From: Paraspadella gotoi | Lineage: Eukaryota; Animalia; Chaetognatha | DNA: 5,260 nucleotides | Direction: 5' to 3' | NCBI GenBank assembly: GCA_051294375.1 | Contig: JBJCIZ010000559.1 | Span: forward strand, 1 to 5,260 | Shown: piece by piece, positions 1 through 5,260 of the stretch | Layout: each line of letters opens with the position of its first letter | Position numbering within the stretch: position 1 is the stretch's first letter | Translations under genes and position numbers: made by a program | Notes under the pieces: generated by a model | Database searches by the model: none | The model's input: the letters and a program-made list of their open reading frames with translations, nothing else | What the model was told of the DNA's origin: nothing

Positions 1-88
1 GCGAGTTTGTCGAATTCGGTCGATTAATTCGAGATCAATTATTTTGCAAATGGTGAATGGCTTGTTTTTTTCGAGCTTCGGTCTTTAG

Positions 89-208
89 ACTTGGAAGTTT
101 TTGCTTGGTTTTTTTTACAACGGGGATATGATTAATTTAAGAGAAACAAAAAGAGTTAATTTTCGCCATGATGGGAAATATGTTTTCAAGTACAAAAAAG
201 GATTATAA
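89..208 (+). CDS. Possible 3'-terminal coding exon of an unknown gene entering from the left (TWKFLLGFFYNGDMINLRETKRVNFRHDGKYVFKYKKGL*)
   Basis: Frame 2 is open from base 2 to TAA 206-208 except for one TAG (86-88). That TAG ends a possible 36-nt GTGAAT..CTTTAG intron (53-88). AATAAA at 213-218 and very AT-rich DNA follow the stop. No recognisable domain. Confidence 0.2.
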   Translation, partial: TWKFLLGFFYNGDMINLRETKRVNFRHDGKYVFKYKKGL

Positions 209-496
209 ATTGAATAAAATACTCATCGTGTTCTAAAATATAATTCCAAACAAATTATCAATATTTTTTTACAAAAACTTTATGAATTAAAATCCTAATT
301 TTTTCATCTAGACATTAATTGCAAAAAAAGTATTTGTTTTAAAAGTTTTTTTTTTAATCTGGTTTGTTTTTGATTTGGTTTATTTTTTGTGCGCGGATAA
401 AAAATGTTTTGCCTAATCCACCTATTCTACTCATTCAAAGATTCCCTCACAAGCTTTAGACGAAGAGCTTTTAAGAAATTTGATGCTAAACTTGTC

Positions 497-543
497 TTAT
501 TGATTTATTGATATTGTTGATTTATTGATTATTGATTTATTTA

Positions 544-544
<1 letters not shown>
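497..544. repeat. Degenerate tandem repeat of about 6 units, consensus TTATTGAT
   Basis: Read directly: ttattgat ttattgat attgttgat ttattgat tattgat ttatttat. Confidence 0.85.
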
Positions 545-585
<41 letters not shown>

Positions 586-679
586 TCCTTTTTTCTTTCT
601 TCTTCTTTCTTCTTTCTTTCTTTTTTTTTCTTTCTTCTTTCTTTCTTTCTTTCTTTCTTCTTTCTTTCTTTCTTTTCCT
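544..679. repeat. 136-nt pure polypyrimidine tract, (TTTC)n/(TTC)n microsatellite
   Basis: No purine on the + strand between 544 and 679; dominated by TTTC units. Confidence 0.97.
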
Positions 680-746
680 GTTTTCGAGTGAGGAAATCAT
701 CTCTATCCAAACTTTACGCGATTCTAGACTTTTATCGTAAACAACA

Positions 747-786
747 AGAGAGAGAGGAGAATAGAGAGAGACGAGAGAGAGAGAGA

Positions 787-829
<43 letters not shown>
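747..829. repeat. Interrupted (GA)n microsatellite
   Basis: Read directly; perfect (AG)n from about 789 to 829. Confidence 0.97.
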
Positions 830-834
<5 letters not shown>

Positions 835-1060
835 GAATTTGTTTCTTCTAAAATTTTCGACGCGTTGTAAAATAAATTCCCTTTTTTAATAATAATACAT
901 TCGTTTTTAGTTCGCGTTGAACGTTTGTTTAGATTTTAATGTCTATCGGGAATTAATTATTTTTATTTTAAACATTTAAACTAAAGAAAAAAAAAAAGGG
1001 AATGCGATCGTGACTTTTTTTCGCAATCAAGAAAACAGAGAAGAATTCCGCAAAAAAATG

Positions 1061-1111
1061 CTCTCTCTCTCTCTATCTCTCTCCCTCTCTTCTCTCTCTC
1101 TCTTCTCTCTG

Positions 1112-1151
<40 letters not shown>

Positions 1152-1185
1152 ATCTCTTCTCTTCTCCTCTCTTCTCTCTCTCTCC
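1061..1185. repeat. Interrupted (CT)n microsatellite ending directly in CAG (possible 3' splice acceptor, AG at 1186-1187)
   Basis: Read directly; the tract ends ...ctctctccag|gcgccc. The acceptor role is inference. Confidence 0.95.
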
Positions 1186-1357
1186 AGGCGCCCGCTTAGT
1201 TCACCACTTCTCTGTTGTTCTCCTTGAGCTTTTTGTATTTTTATTGCCTTTGCGCCGCTAAAAACCCTGGGACAGAGTTAAACCCTTGAAGTCATTCACG
1301 GGCGCAAAACAGACAAACTAAAGCTTCATTAAACTAGCTAAAAGAACTATAAAAACA

Positions 1358-1642
1358 ATGTCAATTTTACTCGTATTTAACAAAACTGAAAAAACTTTTT
1401 GAGAAACGCGACCTTGTTATTAATAGAAAACGGGTTATTCATTGGGAATTAAGAGAAATATCAATTGCACCATTTGGCTATTTAGATGATTTGATTTTTT
1501 AATAAATGACTTTCTAACTAGAACGATGTTTAATATCTATTTACAAACCTTGAAGCAAAAAGTTATTTCGCCTTTATTTCCAGAAGACAACACTATCATC
1601 CGCTGTCCCCCATTGTATTCAAAATATATTAAATATAACTAA
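1358..1642 (+). pseudogene. Possible ~94-aa ORF broken by two compensating one-base frameshifts (unknown protein; pseudogene or sequencing error)
   Basis: ATG at 1358 in an AAAAACAATG context. Frame 2 gives MSILLVFNKTEK, frame 3 gives LFEKRDLVINRKRVIHWELREISIAPFGYLDDLIF, and frame 2 then gives LINDFLTRTMFNIYLQTLKQKVISPLFPEDNTIIRCPPLYSKYIKYN*. The junctions fall at A6 (1389-1394) and T6 (1495-1500). AATAAA overlaps the stop (1641-1646). Confidence 0.2.
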
Positions 1643-1817
1643 TAAATCAATTTTAACACTCATTTTATAATCTAAAATTTAAGTTATTTCAGTTTAATAT
1701 AGTGAAAAAAGTCAATTTTGCATATTGTCATTAACTTTGCTATTACTTTGCTTTTTTTTGGGCAATCACCATTATATTAATCGGAAACATACTCGTGACA
1801 TTACAAAAGTCTAAAAT

Positions 1818-1827
1818 GCGCGGGAAA
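1818..1827 (-). promoter_or_regulatory. E2F-consensus-like site TTTCCCGCGC
   Basis: + strand gcgcgggaaa matches TTTSSCGC on the - strand and sits at the edge of an AT-rich stretch. Motif match only. Confidence 0.25.
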
Positions 1828-1887
1828 AAGTTTTTTCGTTTCCCTTGTCTCGCGGACGTGTTGTTGCGTTTTGTATCCAAACAAGAG

Positions 1888-1914
1888 GTAAGCAATAGAG
1901 ATTATTTTCACCAG
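1888..1914 (+). other. Candidate 27-nt spliceosomal mini-intron
   Basis: AG|GTAAGC donor and TTTTCACCAG acceptor. It lies in frame within a 46-aa ORF at 1816-1956. The same AGGTAAGCAA 10-mer is the - strand donor at 3456. Confidence 0.3.
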
Positions 1915-2097
1915 ACCTTTGATGCTCGGCCGCTAAACAAACACGTGACGATCTGACACAATACGTTCAACGAATCAACATGCAACTCCATTCTGTATGA
2001 ATGCAAAAACGGACATTCCAACAATAATTAAGTCGTTGAAACGAAAAAGGAAAAAAAAAAGATCAGCGAAACTTAAGAATAATCTACATCAACATCT

Positions 2098-2115
2098 ATC
2101 ATCATCATCATCATC
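2098..2115. repeat. (ATC)6 trinucleotide microsatellite
   Basis: Read directly. Confidence 0.9.
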
Positions 2116-2297
2116 TCCATCTTCAATTCCGTTCGCATATTGTTACTCAAGATGCGAAGCGCATTTTCCCGTGCATTGATGCCTCTGTTTCTTTTCTTTT
2201 TCTTTTTCTTTTCTTTTTCTGTTTCTGTTGTTTTTTTTCTGCGTTGGAAACCTCAACATTTCTCTCTTTTTCTCCTCCCCTCATTTTATTATTATCA

Positions 2298-2307
2298 TTC
2301 TCTCTCT

Positions 2308-2373
<66 letters not shown>

Positions 2374-2377
2374 CCTC
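2298..2377. repeat. (CT)n microsatellite
   Basis: Read directly; perfect core at about 2312-2359, preceded by T-rich low-complexity DNA from about 2188. Confidence 0.97.
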
Positions 2378-2487
2378 GTCTCTTACGTTTTTCTGCTCTT
2401 TCAACAGAGACCGTCCTCCTCGTTACTTTCGTCTACTCATCTTCTTCCTCCCGCTCTTCCTCTTCATAGGCTCGCGCCTCCCACACG

Positions 2488-2524
2488 TTCTCCTCCTCCT
2501 CCTCCTCCTTCCTCCTCTTCCCTC
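2488..2524. repeat. (TCC)n microsatellite
   Basis: (TCC)6 at 2491-2508 plus degenerate flanks. Confidence 0.9.
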
Positions 2525-2655
2525 ATCCTTTTTTCCATAGGATCATTGCTAACTCTTTGCCTTCCAAGTTATTTTTATCGCCTGCGCGGTTTTCAACGCG
2601 AAAGTCTTGTAATGTTTTTGCCGGGACTTTGAACTTTTTTTTTTTTCCGTTTGTA

Positions 2656-2753
2656 CTCTCTTCTCTCTCTCTCTCTTCTCTCTCTTTCTCTCTCTCTTCT
2701 CTTCTCCTCTCTCTCTCCCTTCCCTCTCTCCTCTCTTCTCTCTCTCTCCTCTC
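2656..2753. repeat. Interrupted (CT)n microsatellite
   Basis: Read directly. Confidence 0.95.
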
Positions 2754-2763
2754 GTCTATCTGC

Positions 2764-2917
2764 CTATTGCGTGTCCATAAACAATGGATTTCTCTTTTCG
2801 AATTCATCAATATTTTTTTTTCTATCCCATCTTCCGAGAGAAATCCCTTCGGACCAGAAGCTTTCGACTTTGGCTACTGGATTAATATCAATTTTTCGAT
2901 GTGGTCGGAAAACGTAC
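2764..2917 (-). CDS. Possible terminal coding exon of an unknown protein (YVFRPHRKIDINPVAKVESFWSEGISLGRWDRKKNIDEFEKRNPLFMDTQ*)
   Basis: Begins after a TTTTTGACCGCAG acceptor (intron end 2918) and runs 50 stop-free, non-repetitive codons to TAG at 2766-2764, just before a microsatellite. It is the in-register antisense of track ORF 2557..2997. Confidence 0.3.
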
Positions 2918-3015
2918 CTGCGGTCAAAAACAGTTTAATCAATTTTATAATTCTTAATTGTGATTTTAATATTTTAGCTTTCATTTCAACATCTTAAACA
3001 TACTTTTTTCATTAC
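2918..3015 (-). other. Candidate AT-rich spliceosomal intron (donor AG|GTAATG at 3015, 98 nt; or GTATGT at 3003, 86 nt)
   Basis: Two consensus-like donors, a very AT-rich interior with in-frame stops, and a T-rich CAG acceptor at 2918. Confidence 0.35.
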
Positions 3016-3300
3016 CTTTTTTTCGTGTTTTAAATCCTTTTTTAAATTAAATTTTCCAGGTTTTGACATAAAAAGGTCCGTTCCAATCCATCGAAGGCTG
3101 CCTTCAGCCGTGATGGCACGCCGACGAACCATCTAATCCATTCGGCTCAGGCTTCGTAGCGACCTTTCCCCGCTCCACTCCGCTCCAGAACTCACGTCCG
3201 AATCGCTCCTCACCTCGTACTTTAGCTCCTCAACTCCTCCGGCCTCCCTTCAACCTCGATCCTCACCTTTCGTCCCTCGTTTACCTCATAACTGATCCCA

Positions 3301-3355
3301 CCTCCTTTTTCCCTCTTTTCCTTTTTTCCTTTTTTTTTTCTTTTCCTTTCTTCTT
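3301..3355. repeat. T-rich polypyrimidine low-complexity tract
   Basis: Read directly. Confidence 0.9.
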
Positions 3356-3456
3356 AATTTTCCGTCGCGTTTTTACGATCGACAACAAAATTAAGGTCAA
3401 CTTTTTTTGCGCAAAAAAAATAACAATCAAATCCAGACAATCGCCCCGTTGCTTAC

Positions 3457-3690
3457 CTTGCTTGCAAGTCTCCATCCAATCATCCAACTAATTAGTCATT
3501 TAATCAATTACGTACAGATTCCACTCATAAACTCTGCTCGTTAGTATTTTTGCCGTCTCCTATGTTAAAATCATCCTACGAAATTCCACCCATAACATTA
3601 ATTTCTAGACAACCTGTCATCTCTTAAAATTAAAAAAAAAACAATATTTAATCCTTCTTCTCTCGCTAAAAAAAAAGCGGCGAACGCCAC
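3457..3690 (-). CDS. Candidate micro-exon chain of an unknown spliced transcript (exons 3690-3614, 3533-3516 or 3533-3512, 3487-3457)
   Basis: Introns: 3774-3691 (GTATTC..TACTAAT..TTTCTTTGACAG), 3613-3534 (GTTGTC..TACTAACGAGCAG), 3515 or 3511 to 3488 (GTACGT or GTAATT..GACTAATTAG). The next donor is AAG|GTAAGC at 3456. The spliced product stays open: VAFAAFFLAREEGLNIVFFLILRDDRVYEWNL followed by WMIGWRLASK or YLDDWMETCKQ. Confidence 0.3.
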
Positions 3691-3802
3691 CTGTCAAAGA
3701 AAATAGGATTCAACATCGAATCATTTGTTTTTGGGAGGATTAGTAAATTAGCTTAATTAAGTAAAAACGAATACCCCCCCCCGCAGAGGACGCGATCGAA
3801 CG

Positions 3803-3853
3803 CAAACCACAAAATCCCACACACAAACCCACACAAACACAACACAACAAAAA
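3803..3853. repeat. CA-rich low-complexity tract (CACAAA-like units)
   Basis: caaaccacaaaatcccacacacaaacccacacaaacacaacacaacaaaaa; no G. Confidence 0.8.
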
Positions 3854-3970
3854 ACTTTAGAGAGAGAATATTGTCAGCAGATATATAGAGAGATTCATTA
3901 TATAGAGAAAGTTACGAAGTTGCCTATCAGTTGTTGTTGTTGAGAATTGTTTCAAGTTTAGAAAAATAAA

Positions 3971-3973
<3 letters not shown>

Positions 3974-4003
<30 letters not shown>

Positions 4004-4071
4004 CAGAGAGAGAGAGAGCGAGAGAGAGAGAGACGAGAAGAAAGAGAGAAGAGAGAGAAGAGAGAGAGGAA
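3974..4071. repeat. Interrupted (GA)n microsatellite, continuing as A/G-rich DNA to about 4117
   Basis: Read directly. Confidence 0.96.
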
Positions 4072-4127
4072 CTGGGCGGAAAAAAGGTGAAGAAAAAAGA
4101 CGAAAAAGAAGATGAAATTAAAAAGTT

Positions 4128-4219
4128 TTGAGAGCGTTGAAGATTGTCGAAGTCTACTATATGTGACTTGAGAGTGTTGATTTTTGAGAGTGTTGATATG
4201 TTGAGAGTGTGAGAGTGTT
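4128..4219 (+). repeat. Short direct repeats TTGAGAG(T/C)GTTGA: 3 full and 2 partial copies
   Basis: Full copies at 4128-4140, 4168-4180 and 4184-4196; partial TTGAGAGTGT at 4201-4210 and GAGAGTGTT at 4211-4219. Confidence 0.85.
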
Positions 4220-4663
4220 CCATTTCAAAACTTGATCCGTTAAAACTGATCAAGCTTGAGACCGAATGAACAAGAGACCCACAACGAAGACATTTGTTTT
4301 TTTTTTCCAAAAATCTCCGAAAAAAAGTCTGTTAGATTTTAATTTTGTAAAAGATAGTTTGTCTGAAAATAAAAGGAGAAAGAGCGCGGAAACCGTGGCG
4401 AAGGAAGTAATATTAAGTGTCTCCGAGTTATTTACCAGCTTGGAGGAATTTCTTGTCGAGAGTTTGAAGAGTCTTATTATAATTCAAAACGCTAATTTAC
4501 AACTTTTTTTTTCAGTTTAAAAAAACGATTTTAAGTTACTTTGTATGTGGAAGAAAACTGTTTAAAAGGGTAGGAGTTACAACTTAGCGTCGTCCTTTTT
4601 GAAAAGGGTTTCGTCCTTTGCTGATTTCGAAAATGTGATCCTTTTTTGGTGTTCACGAGTAAA

Positions 4664-4691
4664 GAATCACATGTGTGATTCGTCACGTGAC
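4664..4691. promoter_or_regulatory. Abutting palindromes containing E-boxes (GAATCACA-tg-TGTGATTC plus GTCACGTGAC)
   Basis: An 8-bp inverted repeat at 4664-4681 with an internal CACATGTG palindrome is immediately followed by the perfect 10-bp palindrome GTCACGTGAC, the consensus for bHLH-ZIP factors such as USF, TFEB and Cbf1. Regulatory function is inferred. Confidence 0.45.
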
Positions 4692-4756
4692 CTCAGTGAT
4701 TAAACATCCATCGTAAATCCTTCAGCGAAAAATTCACACGCAAGATACGCGCGACC

Positions 4757-4787
4757 GACGACGAGGACGACGACGACGACGAACGAC
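4757..4787. repeat. Interrupted (GAC)n trinucleotide microsatellite
   Basis: gac gac gag gac gac gac gac gac gaa cga c. Confidence 0.9.
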
Positions 4788-4934
4788 GGTAGACACAATA
4801 ACCTCTCCGGAGGTGAAAGTGCTTCTTTTACGACGCCTGACCGACATTCGTGGCGACAAGAAGACGCGTCGCGTCGCGCGAACACCAGAAAAAAAAGTAG
4901 ACGCGACTGAGATAAGGGAAATGTTTTTTTATTT

Positions 4935-4976
4935 GGGCGGGGGTAGGAGGGGGGCGCGAGGGCGGATGGGGTCGGG
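4935..4976 (+). other. Putative G-quadruplex-forming sequence with two GGGCGG GC-boxes
   Basis: Six runs of 3 or more G (4935-37, 4939-43, 4949-54, 4960-62, 4968-71, 4974-76) with 1-5 nt loops, which satisfies the G3+N1-7 x4 pattern. Confidence 0.6.
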
Positions 4977-5260
4977 AAGAGGTCACTGAGTTCTGGTCAG
5001 AGTTTGGGTCGCTTAATTTCCGACAACCGCGGAATATCGAGAAATGGGGAATTTTTTTTCTTTTGTTATTTATTTTTGTTTGCGATTTTTAAAGTTCGAA
5101 TAAAACTTTCAAATTCAATTAATATTTATTGGTCGGTTCTTTTAGTTTTACCAAGTTTACGTCCTCTTGTCGTATTTACTTTACCACCAACTTTCTTGTC
5201 ACCGACGCTTTCTCGTGTTTATTTTTGTCACGAAACGTCTGTCATATTCTCGCTTGTACA

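Noticed and set aside
497-1261. Track ORFs 497..700, 525..740, 532..870 and 1010..1261 as real proteins
   Set aside because: They are open because TTTC, GA and CT repeats contain no stop codons; the translations are LSFF, ERER and SLSL runs in several frames at once.
1188-1308. Telomerase-RNA-like element (two AAACCCT copies inside TTTGCGCC/GGCGCAAA or GCGCCCG/CGGGCGC stems)
   Set aside because: Neither copy gives about 1.5 telomeric repeats, no pseudoknot is evident, and 7-8 bp stems are expected by chance.
1358-1642. Ornithine decarboxylase antizyme (short ORF1 ending TTT-TGA with an open +1 frame)
   Set aside because: The +1 frame closes after about 33 codons and lacks the conserved antizyme C-terminal pattern (LLEFAEE...GF).
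1997-2997. Overlapping track ORFs across 1997-2997
   Set aside because: Many mutually overlapping frames dominated by microsatellite translations. The unique part of 2557..2997 is better explained as the antisense shadow of the minus-strand exon candidate.
3784-3813. Kinesin-like VVCVRSRPL motif on the - strand
   Set aside because: It arises at the edge of a TG-rich low-complexity tract, and no P-loop or switch motifs follow.
4128-4219. CRISPR array
   Set aside because: Repeats are only 13 nt with 0-27 nt irregular gaps, there are no cas genes, and the context is eukaryote-like.
4253-4294. CCHC zinc knuckle or retroelement gag in CLRCGSLVHSVSSL (- strand)
   Set aside because: The fourth ligand is Leu rather than Cys, and there are no other gag/pol motifs, LTRs or terminal repeats.
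4666-4691. Budding-yeast point centromere (CDEI RTCACRTG matches)
   Set aside because: No adjacent ~80-bp, >90% AT CDEII and no CDEIII at the proper distance on either side.
4700-4885. Track ORF 4700..4885 and the + strand poly-Asp frame (…TDDEDDDDDERR*)
   Set aside because: Short, centred on a (GAC)n repeat, lacking an ATG start or convincing splice sites; it cannot be told apart from non-coding GC-rich DNA.
5091-5109. tRNA T-arm or Pol III B-box (GTTCGAAT)
   Set aside because: No cloverleaf, acceptor stem or upstream A-box; the flanks are simple A/T-rich sequence.

Overview
AT-rich, very microsatellite-dense DNA that looks eukaryotic and nuclear, probably from a protist or other microbial eukaryote (inference; no taxon can be assigned). 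I see no prokaryotic gene organisation, rRNA, tRNA, CRISPR array or transposase. Most ORFs in the supplied track are artefacts of long (CT/GA)n, (TTTC)n, (CCT)n, (CAT)n and (GAC)n tracts. The unique DNA between the tracts carries spliceosomal-type signals. The clearest is a minus-strand cluster at 3456-3774 with GT..AG pairs and TACTAAC/TACTAAT/GACTAAT branch-point motifs, predicting very short introns (about 24-84 nt) and micro-exons. A protein-like minus-strand terminal exon lies at 2764-2917. Several short protein-like frames join only through single-base shifts, mostly in homopolymers, which could reflect sequencing error, pseudogenisation or recoding. The right end looks promoter-like: an E-box palindrome cluster (4664-4691), a CGCG-rich stretch and a six-run G-quadruplex motif (4935-4976). 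No gene family is recognised and I cannot support a claim of a new biological system. All coding calls are low confidence.
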